In this document: one piece after another, positions 52,145 to 64,000 of the stretch
How positions within the stretch are numbered: position 1 is the stretch's first letter
How the letters are laid out: every line of letters begins with the position of its first letter
From: Antedon mediterranea
Taxonomy: Eukaryota > Animalia > Echinodermata
NCBI RefSeq assembly: GCF_964355755.1
Contig: NC_092677.1
Location: 5,354,101-5,418,100 of the forward strand
DNA length: 64,000 bases
Direction: 5' to 3'
Notes under the pieces: generated by a model
The model's input: the letters and a program-made list of their open reading frames with translations, nothing else
The model's database searches: none
Told to the model about the DNA's origin: nothing
Position numbers and translations under genes: made by a program

Positions 52145-52784
52145 TAAATTGTTATTTACTGATTATATCATTACGTTTACTGATAGTAGAAAGATTGTAG
52201 AGGTTATGACGTGAACTTTAAGATTACTTTATAGTTATTTAATTCGCCTATTTAAGACATGCAGATTTGCATCATGTATCACACAGTTCGCTTCACGTCA
52301 CATGGTGTGTTGTGCACATCTGAGCGGTCGTTCCGCTTGACGAAGCATAGATTACGTCATATACAGTATGGTTGAGATACGTCATTGTTCTCTTCCTAAG
52401 ATTTAATGTTGTATTTACCTCAGTTTGAGGTTCAATTTGCTGATTACTATACTTGTTTGTTTTCAGTAATTTACAGCTAGAGGCTAGAGATTAGAGGTTA
52501 GAGATATATGAAGAAATAAAGGCTGTAATACAGCATAAATGAGCCAGTAAATTCGTTGGTAGCGTTTCATTCTTAAGTATGTGTACTTACACCTAGGCTA
52601 GGCCTATCTTTGGCGTACCTAATATTTAATAAGCCTAGCTAGCTAGGTAGATCTCTAACTAACCCAACATGTAGCTCGGACCGGTAGGCACCGCTAGAGG
52701 GACAACAACAAGCCTCATAACTTCGATTCTCAAATGAAAACGTCATTGTTATATGGAAAAACATTGGTTTAAGATATATATCTT

Positions 52785-55700
52785 AAACCAATGTTTTTCC
52801 ATAATTTTACTGTTTTTTAAAATTACAATTAAGTAATTTAACTTTATTTTTAGCAGCAGTTTGTAATGGTTTTGGATGTTTTTTTAAAAATAATAAGTAA
52901 TCATTTTAAGTTATTTCATTAATTAATGCATGGAATCATGGAGGTGCAGTACATGGAATTTACACTTAATCGTCTATATAGTACCAAAGAATATATATCA
53001 CAAGAATGAGTAATCCGTGATTTTCCCTGTAACAGTAATATTGTCCATGTGGTAGGGTGCCGCCATAAGTGAGGATGTATACAACTTTTTGTGACGGTTA
53101 CACTAATCTACTAATCTAAGCCTGGACCACCGGTAGTATTTTCATGATAAAAAATGTTATCAACTACATGCCAACATCATGTTAAATGCTGTTTGGATAT
53201 TTAATTGTCCATTTCATGCAATTTATTTAGTAAACACTGCCGAATAAACAGTCGCTTCATCAACCGGGCGTGTTGTTGTTTACGCGTTTTCACGAAGGCT
53301 AGTTTAATAATATTTCTATATTTAACTTGTTTCTGGTAAAACAAATAAATATTAATGAAATTTAACATTGTACCCTATTAATAACATGTATTTTATACTA
53401 ATTTATATCATAAAAACAATACTTAATTTACCGGGCGTTGATTAGTACGCGGCAATGGCAAAGAATAGGCCGTGCTGAGTAATTCTTGGTTGATTTTTGG
53501 TGTTGCTGTTCGGCCTTTCTTTGTGAACTAATTTAGCATGGTAGTAAATAATTGTCTGTAGAAGTGAATGTACACTAGTTTGTTATTAATATGTTGTATA
53601 AAATGTTTTACAACTGCAAAATATATTATCATAATTCTATTTGTGACATGTGAATATCTATTAAATCAAGTCTTATTTAGTCTGTATACATCCGCCCTTA
53701 TGAGGGCATCACTCTCTGTTACAAATTTCTCATGCAAAAATTGCGGAATACTCATTCTATGTCAGATTTTTTTTTCTAGGCTCGTTCTCGGTTAACTTTG
53801 TTCAGCAATTGATTTCTAAAACGATTTAATGTGGAAATAAATAATCTGTTTATTGCATTTCACTAATCATACAAAACAAACTACTAGAGTTGAACAGGGA
53901 ACAATTACGAAACAATTATAATTTTGTTTGCATAGTCGACCATTTTCTGTGTGACTTTCTGTTTCGTTTCGTTATTTGATCAGCATATAATTAACATACA
54001 TTTATTTAACAACATATAAAGCGGCTGGACACGGGAAGAAAATAGGCAGAATTATACACCACTGTATATTAACTCAAATGAGCCAGCTATAATATAGCTG
54101 GCTCATTTGAGTTAATATACAGTGGTGTATAATTCTTGTATATTATACAAGTAAATAAGTAAAATTTAAATAAATTGCAATAAAATGTATAAAGTTACTA
54201 TTGAATTGTAATATAATGTGTGGAGGTTTTACTGTATTAAAGACTCTACTCGCTTGGTTGATTGAATATCACAGTTGTTTATTCAATAATACATTATAAT
54301 ACACAATATAATACAATATAATTATAAAGAAACAGGAACAAAGTATTAGTATAAGAGTGATGCTGTAAGTGAGGTGTGGCTGTAGATGTGCTTCTGAAGA
54401 AGTGTCGGTAAGGTGTCGTGTCTTCCAAGAAGTGTCTATGAGGTGTGTTATTGGCTTCTGTTTATTGGCATATGTCATTACATCATCTGTGAGTTTAATG
54501 ATTGGTCCTAAGTCTGTCCAGGTACTTTGGATGGGAGTGATTGATTGTATTTGTATATTAACTCAAATGAGCCAGCTATATACAAGTAAATAAGTAAAAT
54601 TTAAATAAATTGCAATACAATGTATAAAGTTACTATATCTACTACTTTCTATTATATAAAATAACAATTTTCTCAACTTCCCCAACAGATATTTATTCAT
54701 GGATGTATGTTGCAGTAACAACATTAAAATCAAAATACTTTAACAAACAAAGCCCAGAATTATGAACGGTCCTGAAACATAATATATTGTGTAAGCATTG
54801 TTGACTATTTTACACTATTCGAATGTTCTCTGTGTTAAGGTAAATAATATGAGTAGGGTTTTTTAAATTGGTTGACTGTATCGGCAACTACACTTGAAGT
54901 ATTTTCAAATGTTGATAATGCCACTATTTTACACTATACTAAATGATCTCTTCATAACTTCGATTCTCAAATGAAAACGTCATTTTTACATCTAAACCAA
55001 TGTTTTTCCATAATTATACTGTTTTTTTAAAAATTACAATTAAGCAATTTGGCTTTATTTTTAGCAGCAGTTTGTAATGGTTTTGGATGTTTTTTTTAAA
55101 ATAATAAGTAATCATTTTAAGTTATTTCATTAATGAATGCATGGAATTTACACTTAATCGTCTATAGTACACATTTTATGTTTCATCAACCTATGTCGGA
55201 TTATTTTTTCTAGGTTCGTTCTCGGTCAACTTTGTTCAGCAATTGATATCTAAAATGATTTAATCTTGAAATAAATAATCTGTTTATTGCATGTCACTAA
55301 TCATACAATACAAACTACTAGAGTTGAACAGGGAACAATTACGAAACAATTATAATTTTGTTTGCATAGTCGATCATTGATACAAGCTTTAAAACCATAA
55401 CAGATGTGATGGGTTTCCTACTGTATGTTGGAAAGGCGAGAACATGCGATTGAAAAATAGGGTAGATTTTTGGCCGTTTACGACTGAAATCGTCAGAATT
55501 CCACACAAAACCTTACAACATTGTCTATAAAAACATCAAAATTTATGTATTTTGGAACAAAATTAAGTTTTAATAATTAAGGACAAGTAAACTATAACAG
55601 TTGAATATGTCGAATATGTAAAAATAAAATATATATTTTAGGCCAAATTGACTATTCCAACTCTCAAAGCTATTTATAGCAATATACTGTAGCTTTTGCG

Positions 55701-56085
55701 ACACAAGGCTCCTTTCGTGGTGACGCGACCCATATATACTGTACAAAGATTACCAGTAAAAGTTAAATGAAATAAGTAAAAGTTAAACGAAAGTAAGTAG
55801 TTTTTATTTTATCATGATAATTATAATTTTTTAGTCACTCAAGTTTACTTTTGTTAATTTATTATCTAGGCCACCTAGCATAATTTAATAACTAGCAGAG
55901 TTCCTCATCCAAAAAAAAAGGGCGTGTCCACGAAGTACAACTTTGTTCAGTAATTTTGTTTTTGTACCTACTGTATATGGCCAAATATTGCCCCCAAAAC
56001 CAACCATATTTTGCCTGCAGAAATTGGACTTTTAAGGGGGAGGACAGGTAACTAAAATTGTTTAATGCATTTCCCCACAATTTGC
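52785..56085 (+). repeat. Rearranged duplicates of A2-flanking DNA (about 38580-39421, 42387-42441, 43720-43840, 44170-44280)
   Basis: High-identity blocks at ~52785-52980, 53760-54200, 54553-54893, 54894-54949, 54990-55378, 55745-55930, 56045-56085. Confidence 0.8.
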
Positions 56086-57300
56086 CTATGGCCTAACTTT
56101 GGCGTACCTAATATTTAATAAGCCTAGGCGTGTAGGTCTCTAACTTTTTTCTGTCAATTTCTTTTCTTTACTTATAAAAACTTGTAATTAGTATAGTAAT
56201 ATAAATTAAAAAAAAGACCTTAAAAAAGCTTGACCAGGGAAGTATTTTTATACATCCCTGGTTTGACAATGAAAGGATGAAACTCAATTTGGTATCATTG
56301 TTAAGAATGCATAATAATGAAACACTGTGGTAGGGTTCCGGCAGCAGTAAAAAACAATAGTGAATTAAAAAAAAAAAAGGAATTTGTCTGCATATCGAAT
56401 ATCAAACTAATAAAATTACTAGATCGAGAGCCACCACACCACTACGACCAACCAGTTGATCAAATCCATAGTATGAGTTTATGAAAATGGGCATGCATGA
56501 GTGATTTTAAATTGACAAATCAATTGCATTACGCTGCCGTACACCCTTACACAGCGATCATGATGAATGAACTGTTTTACCATTTCCTTTGGATGGAACA
56601 TAGTTTTTTATAACATGTGACACCATGTTTAATTCTAGGAAAAGCATTTATTTTTTATGAACTAATTAAGTTCTGCTACTGTAACTCATGTAGGCTAGTA
56701 CTAGACAGGCCTAAATCTTTTTGCGCGGACCCTGCATGCCCTGCGGCTAGTGGTATTCTAAGTACAGTTTACAAAAAATCAACTAATGGATTGGAAAGCC
56801 TTGGAAAAATTTTTCAAAATAACCATTAGAGTACCGCAAACCTAATTTATATAGGTCTAACAGTACTGTAGCTATACATTTGTAGTTTAACCGATTCCAC
56901 TCGAGAAAAATTACCGATAATTATCTCATTTAAATTGGATAATTATTCATTTATTTATTATTTATTCAACCATATTTCAAGAGGGTTATCTGATATAATT
57001 ATAAGATAAAAATGTGATAATTTTTAACCTTTAAACTGGAGAAAAAATGTTTGCGTTGTGATTGGGCATCTGCTTGTAATGTCTGTGAAGTTGGTTACTT
57101 ATAGTTCCTACCCTTACCAAAGGAGAATGCTTAAATAGCCTTCGCTAACCATTCACTAGGCATTCGAATGCTAATTTACAGGTAATTTTTAGAATTTAGG
57201 CATTCATGGTTAAAACCACTTAATCGGAATGCTAAGAAAAGTTTCCAAGCATTCTTTAGGAATGCTTACAAGAGTCAATAAGCATTCAGAAGCTATCCCG

Positions 57301-57612
57301 AATGGTAGTGTGAATGCTAAGTTCATTGGTAGCATTCAGGGAGATATTTTGAATGGTAGTGTGAATGCTAAGATCATTGGTAGTATTCAGGAAGAGATTT
57401 TGAATGGTAGTGTGAATGCCAAGATCATTGGTAGCATTCAGGGAGAGTATTTTGAATGGTATTGTGAATGCTAAGAACATTGGTAGCATTCAGGGAGATA
57501 TTTTGAATGGTAGTGTGAATGCTAAGAACATTGGTAGCATTCAGGGAGATATGTTGAATGGTAGTGTGAATGCTAAGATCATTGGTAGCATTCAGGAAGA
57601 GATTTTGAATGG
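57301..57612. repeat. 51-bp tandem minisatellite, about 6 copies
   Basis: Unit GAATGGTAGTGTGAATGCTAAGATCATTGGTAGCATTCAGGGAGATATTTT. Confidence 0.9.
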
Positions 57613-58700
57613 TAAACAGGGAAATAATTGAATGCTCAACCAATCAGATCAATCCTCACCAACTGCCAAAAAAACAACCACCAATTCAAATTCAAGAGAC
57701 CAAATGGCTAGAGAAAGGCTGAGTTGAGTGAGTGAGGATGCCTACAGTAGACTGCAGCCTTCCTTCTTTTTACAGCTTACCTGCTGGCAAACCTGACACA
57801 GATTTTGCTGATATAAAAGGTATTGTAGCTAGTAGCTATACTTGTTCTTTTATCATTCTGTATTTGACTACTAACTAGCTAGGCCTAATAATAATAGGAG
57901 GATCAGTATAGCCACACACAGCCTACTAAGTTGAGTTCAGCAGAGAGGGACCAGGGCTAGGCTACAGTAGATGGTAAGTGGTTTGGGATTCAGTGGTGGT
58001 GGTACTATCAAAAAGTCCTATCAAAAGTCGAATCCCCTAAGTCACTCCCTGGTTATATTGTGTAGCTGGCCTAGGCTAGTTATAGTATACTCTAGAACCA
58101 CATTGTATCACTTATCAAAAAGAAGGGCTAACTAAACTATAAAAGCAATTTTAAATAAAAGCAGTTTTCACTCCATCGTTTATTTTATTATAAGACAATG
58201 GGATGGTGGAGGCATTTTTATGCCATGGCAGATTATTTCCTTAATTCAAACATTTGAAATGAATAAAAACAGTAACACAACATGTATTTATTTTAAAAAG
58301 GGTAAATATTAAATAAAATCTTTTTTATTAAACCTGAATGATACTAATATAATAGTCCTTCTACAGACTACTGAGAATATAGTGCATAATTCAGTTTTAT
58401 CTGCTATATACTGACTGTTCATAAAGGAACATAGAAAACAAAATAAAGAGTCCAACAGGAGTGCATTGGACAAATCATCTGTTGATGCCATTAGAGGTAT
58501 TTAACTATAAATTTTAAATCTATTTTAACATGTTCATGTCTTATAAACATGCCTTCAATGATCAATTAAATATGAGGGAAAATTGAATCCCACCATTTCT
58601 CTTTGTTTTAATTGCTTAATCATTCTTTTTATCTTTAATTTCTTTTCACAGGGTGTCGGTTTTTTATTTCATTAACATATTTCAATATTTTTTTTTGCAG

Positions 58701-58813
58701 AGTATATCAAGGTCGTGGCAGTAAAAAATGATTGGACTCCTGTTAGCCTGGTAGAATTTAACAAGAAGTTTGTGTCTAAATGCACCAATGCACGCAGGAG
58801 TCTATATAAATAG
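58701..58813 (+). pseudogene. Orphan terminal exon resembling the C-terminus of a BEN domain, inside the CACTA-like element
   Basis: Strong acceptor tttttttgcag, then YIKVVAVKNDWTPVSLVEFNKKFVSKCTNARRSLYK*. Confidence 0.4.
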
Positions 58814-60201
58814 ATAAATATTTTATATATAATTTTTATTTTCATTTATCATATCTTTATATTCTCAATTTTGTTCAAGTATTCTCACTTGCACAGATAA
58901 AGTGCTAGTGTTGCCAATAGCTCTGCTAATTGATAATTTTTTAGCTTTTTGCTTACTTTAGTTTGTATCTCCATTGAGATCCACAGCATTGTCATTTTTT
59001 TCAGTAATTTGCCTTTTATATATAGTGTATATATATATTTCTTTGAAGATGCCTCCATAAGGAAATTCATGGTGTCAATTGAAGTTTTAAATTAAATATT
59101 TTAAAGTAGTTAATTTTGATAATTGTTCATTTGTATATGGCCTTTTTGTCATACAGTATAAGTATTACACTCTCTTGCTGTTTATACGTTTGATAGCTTT
59201 TTGATACTTTATTTCTGTTTGGGAATGTTAAATATCGAGTATTGACGAAAATATATTAATTAAATTTGATTTTTTAATAATTAAAGTAAGACATCTTTTA
59301 TTTTAATGTCTCTTATTGTATATTTGAAGAATTTTTTCGCTTTTCATTTTAGATTCTTCATAAAAAAAGTGAGAAATCTGGATCACAACATTTCCCACTG
59401 TAGAATTTGAATGCTTTAGCATTCAATTCGCTCACTAGCATTCACAGTGTAACAGTGTACCAATATTTGAATGTGTAGTTTTGAATGCTAGACCACGCCC
59501 ACTAAAAAAGCTCACTAGCACATTCATCTACTAGCATTCGAATGCTAGGCTAGCATTCGAATGCTAGCCTAGCATTCCCCTACTAGCATTCGAATGCTAG
59601 GCTAAGCCTTCCAGATTTAGCATTCGAATGCTAGTATAGCATTCAACTAGTAGCATTCGAATGCTACTTTTAGCATTCGAATGCTAGTGCTACCATTCAT
59701 GCTTAGCTCATTTACATAATTCGGCTCCCTGGAAGGCTTAGCGAAGGCTTAGCGAAGGCTTAGTGAATGCTAAGAAGCATTCAAAGGAAGGCTTAGCGAA
59801 GGCTTAGTGAAGGCTTAGCGAAGGCTTAGTGAATGCTAAGAAGCATTCGAATGCTAAATTCAGTCATTGAATGCTTATATACCACTAGTATTCGAATGCT
59901 AAGTATTAGCCCTTCGAATGCCAATAATAGCATTCCAAGAGTAGCATTTGAATGCTTTGTGAATGGTAAGCGAAGGCATTCAGCTTTGGTAAGGGTAGTT
60001 CCTTATTCAAATTCAATTAAAGGCATAGTCTGGGCTCCAGACGGAGTTTTGTCTTAATATTAGTAAAAATATAAATATTTTTGCACATATGGCGTTTCAT
60101 ATGTGTATTACTTGAGTTTGGATACTTTCAGACAAAATTCGTGGTCGAAATAAAAACAAATATAAAAAAAAGACAATAAAACAGACTTGGGGGCAAGTCT
60201 A

Positions 60202-60828
60202 TTAAAGGGACAGTCACAGATTAAAAGAAAATAAGATTTGAATACGTAATAACTGTCTAATTGAGTTGTTATTGCATCAACATGTTAGCCTTGACCTCCT
60301 CTACTTCTTCCGGTCAAAGTTCAATAACATTTTATGCATTTACGCCCTCTACGGCGAATAAGTAACTAGCTTTTACGAACGTTATAACACTTGACCTACT
60401 TAATATTTTCAAAATATTTTGGTATAGATCGATGACCCTTGACCTACTCTACCATTTTCCACCCTAGTTCCGCAAACTTTTTTGCATCTACGCCCTCTAC
60501 GGCGAATAAGTAACTGGCTTTTACGAACGTTATAACACTTGACCTACTTAATTTTTTCAAAATATTTTGGTATGGATCGATGACCCTTGACCTACTTTAC
60601 CATTGCCACCCCAGTTCCGCGAACTTTTTTGCATCTACGCCCTCTACGTTCGTAAAAGCTAGTTACTTATTCACCGTAGAGGGCGTAAATGCATAAAATG
60701 TTACTGAACGTTGACCGGAAGAGAAGTAGAGGAGGTCAAGGCTAACATGTTGATGCAATAACAACTCAATTAGACAGTTATTACGTATTAAAATCTGTTT
60801 TTTTTAAATTGTTGTGACTGTCCCTTTA
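60202..60828. mobile_element. Foldback TTAA MITE with ~180-bp TIRs and an internal ~150-bp tandem duplication
   Basis: TTAAAGGGACAGTCACA ... TGTGACTGTCCCTTTAA; arms 60202-60382 and 60647-60828. Confidence 0.75.
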
Positions 60829-61396
60829 ATTGAATTTGAATAAGGAACTAGGAACTAGTAACCAACTTCACAGACATTAATAATTACTGATCATGCACAC
60901 TTTATTGGTTAAAAATACATAGCCTAAATTACACCTAGATTCTTTCCCAAAAAGACACTCTGCTTTTACAGTACCATTTTTTGCTTTTCTTTAATACTAT
61001 GTACAATTAACATGCTTTGGTATTGAAAAGCAGAGTGCACTCGACTGTTTGCTTGTTTTTCTTTTTCTTTTATTGCCAACCAACCAATGTACGTCAATAT
61101 AAAACATGAAATAATTTGTCAATCTCTTTAGATCAACATTATTCAAGTGTCACTGTAGTATACTGTAGCTCCATGTAATGATATTTGCTAAAAGATAGTT
61201 AAAATATAGGGTCTGAAGGTACGTGTTGTATACAATAGCAACAATGAACTTTAAAAACGTTTTAACAATTCCACTGTCTGGTTTTTTTCTCAATTCCTTA
61301 GAAAATACAGTATTATCTTTGCTTACTCATTAAATATATTGCTCATCAATCAATTTCAACAATTATTAATTATTGTTCTATGATTATATTATACAG

Positions 61397-64000
61397 ATGC
61401 ATTTGCTAGGGTTAGTAGTATTGCTGAACCTTATTAATATCAATTGTAAGTAGTGTTTCTTTTAATTGATAACATTTTACGAAATAAAACATTTTATACA
61501 ATATTTTTTGTGATTCAATCAAAGTATAATTTACAGTTCTGTGAGTGCTCTCATTTTAACTTTAGTATGCATAGCAATATAAAAATAATTCAGATCACCT
61601 GGATATATTAAATCCAAAGGCAAAATACTGAAAAAATGACAATGCTGTGGGTATCAGTGGCTGGATCTCAATGGAGATACAAAAAAAAAGCGAAAAGCTA
61701 AATCAAAACAGCCAGAAAGTTAGCGCAGCTTTCGGGCAACACTAGCCAATTTTTTTGAAAAGGCAAGAAATATGCCCACTTAGAATTTTTTCAATGTCAC
61801 TTTTCACTTTTTTTGCTCTTTTAGTTTCTATTCCGTTTTGTTTATTTTTTTTATTTCCATATTTCAAATTGCATGTTTGACAAAGTAGTTAATAAAAAAG
61901 CCCAAGGAAAATAATTTTAAGATTTAAAAAATGGAATTGTAAGTGATTTAAAGTAAAAGGTGGTTTCCAATTAATGAAGCAGAGAAATTAAGCATTATAT
62001 CATTATATTCTTTTAATGTTTAGATTTTCAAGCTAATTTGGTGACAGGATTTAACCAGATATCCAAAGAGGGTGATGCTGAAGTGGTGATAACTTGTGAT
62101 TATTCACAATTTACTTCTACTGAACCAGATGGCATAAAATGGGATGAGCTAGATGAAGATGGAGTAAATATTAACCCAGGAATTGTGAATGACAAAAACA
62201 AAGAAAGTGGACGTTTCAGTTTACACACTGATTCTGCTCATTTTAAAGCTAGCCTGGTGATCTCGCAACCTTTGAGAAATGATTCTCAGCGACGATTTCG
62301 ATGTCAGATAACAACAAAAAGTGGCAATATTCAACATTCAAATCCTTCAATTCTAACTGTGTATTGTGAGTAGATTGTTAAGTTTTGTTCTAATATCAAA
62401 ACAGTGATATCCATCGTGCAACTGTACTGTACCTCAATACTGCAAATAGAAATCTTTTTAGCATGTACTCCACTATATTTTAATATAGTTTTAGGAAGGT
62501 TCAATGTGGAACTCAATACACAAAATAGAAAAAGAAACAAAAAGTAAGAAACAAAACTATACCAGGTTTCATGATTTTTACACTGAAAATGCATTCTTAT
62601 TTATATATTTTTTTCCTTTTGATAATCAGACTTGGATAGACCACTTGTCAATGCCTCAGAGAGTGCGGTCTACGAAGGTCAATCAGTGACCTTTACTTGT
62701 AGTAAACCTGATGGTGATCCTATTCCTCACATTGCCTGGTATAAAGATGGACAGACAGTCAACACCAACAACACTTCTAGATATGAGATTGCAAATAACA
62801 GTTCAGAGACAGTTCTTAAGATTAAATCTGCTACTGAAGAAGATGGTGGGAGGTATACATGTAAAGCAGAAAATGATCAGTTTAAAGGAGATGATGCTAA
62901 AACAAGTGAAGGAAGACAGTTGACTGTAATTGTATATTGTATGTAAACAATAATATTGTTACAAAATAATAAAATTACACATTGCCATACAATGTCACAT
63001 ACTCACCACACATATCAATAAAAATATGTTATCAGGGAAAAAAGACAAATAATTTTTCCCCCACACACAAAAATAGTTTGTCCTGCATTTCAAATCTCTC
63101 AGTTTGGTAACTATGATGTCAGCATGTTAAGATGTGAAATTCATGTACATTTAGGGGGAAAATGGATGTTGTCAAAACAATATAGTTTATAGACTATATC
63201 TGATAACTTAACCAAATACAACTTCTACAAAGAAGCCTTTTGCCTTACTGTGTAAGATCTTCCTTCTTAAATGAAATCTGATTACCAAAAGTTTTATAGC
63301 AATCCACCCCAGAACATGCACAGTGGGCAAGAAGATTAATATAGATTTATAAAATAGTTCTGATAGATGTATTAGTGATGTAATTTTCCCCAAAAACATG
63401 AAAAACGAAGATTAATAAAAAAAGACTTTGAATACTATTTCATAGTTTCAATCAAGTTAATCACTTCCGTTAAAAAAACTAATATTTTCACTTATAAGAC
63501 AAAATACACAGTTAAAATCAACCAAAAATTTGACTATTTTTTGCTTTAAATTACTTTTTTTCAGGTAAATAATCTTTTTTTCAATCTACTTTTTGCTCAA
63601 AGTGTATCATTGAACTATTATGCATATTTAACAAAAACATTTAAGAAAATTATTTGTTCAGGGGGACAATATATCTTTAAATTCAACAAATTTTTCTAAA
63701 AAACTAAAACTAGTTAAGTTAATATAACCACTTGTTGGCGGATAAACAATTAATCCAAACGCACTGTACATGCATGTCACGTTTGTGCAGATAGCCTTGT
63801 CCAAAGTGATGATGAGTTCAAATCTAGTTTACATTGACATTAGCTGATCTTGTCTTTTTTTTTAGATATTTCTTTTACATCTAAAGATGGCATTGCAACA
63901 TGTACAGCAGAGGGCTATCCTAAGCCATTATCAGTATTGATATTGCAAGATGGAGAAGTGGTTAAGAAAGGAGAAAATACAGCAACAATAGAAATTAATG
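61397..64000 (+). CDS. B-type Ig receptor B2, 5' part: SP 61397-61445, V 62024-62365, I-set 62630-62938, short Ig from 63866 (runs off the window)
   Basis: Signal MHLLGLVVLLNLININ paralogous to B1; I-set with the B-type insertion TVNTNNTSRYEIANNSSETVLKI; in-phase splice sites. Confidence 0.85.

Larger units (their letters stand above)
57110..59996. mobile_element. Non-autonomous CACTA/EnSpm-like element with GAATGCT/AGCATTC subterminal repeats
   Basis: TIR CCCTTACCAAAG / CTTTGGTAAGGG flanked by TA; the empty-site sequence is present in inverted form at ~60823-60880; superfamily assignment is inference. Confidence 0.65.

Noticed and set aside
57229-57643. ORFs with NGSVNAKIIGSIQGDIL repeats; CRISPR-like appearance
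   Set aside because: Head-to-tail 51-bp minisatellite with no unique spacers, inside a transposon; frames break between units

Overview
AT-rich, intron-rich invertebrate genomic DNA (the repeat style suggests an echinoderm such as a crinoid; this is inference only). The window holds a tandem cluster of immunoglobulin-superfamily receptor genes in head-to-head pairs: [B0 3' end ->] [<- A1][B1 ->] [<- WD40 pseudogene fragments] [<- A2] [Gypsy LTR element, hAT, HINE, remnant of a deleted A copy, CACTA-like element] [B2 ->]. Both types share an ectodomain of signal peptide, V-set domain, I-set domain and short Cys-rich Ig-like domain, then a TM helix. A-type tails carry tyrosine motifs: A2 has a full ITAM (YQSL-x8-YNEL), A1 has the same motif with the second Tyr as Ser (YQEL-x8-SNEL), and both end in Y(D/E)EP...HYCGQFYD. 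B1 appears to splice from its TM exon through micro-exons into four further atypical Ig exons that lack the B-strand Cys, i.e. putatively cytoplasmic Ig domains, followed by a decayed DED-like exon. All gene models were built by hand from GT-AG sites and exon phases, with no transcript support.
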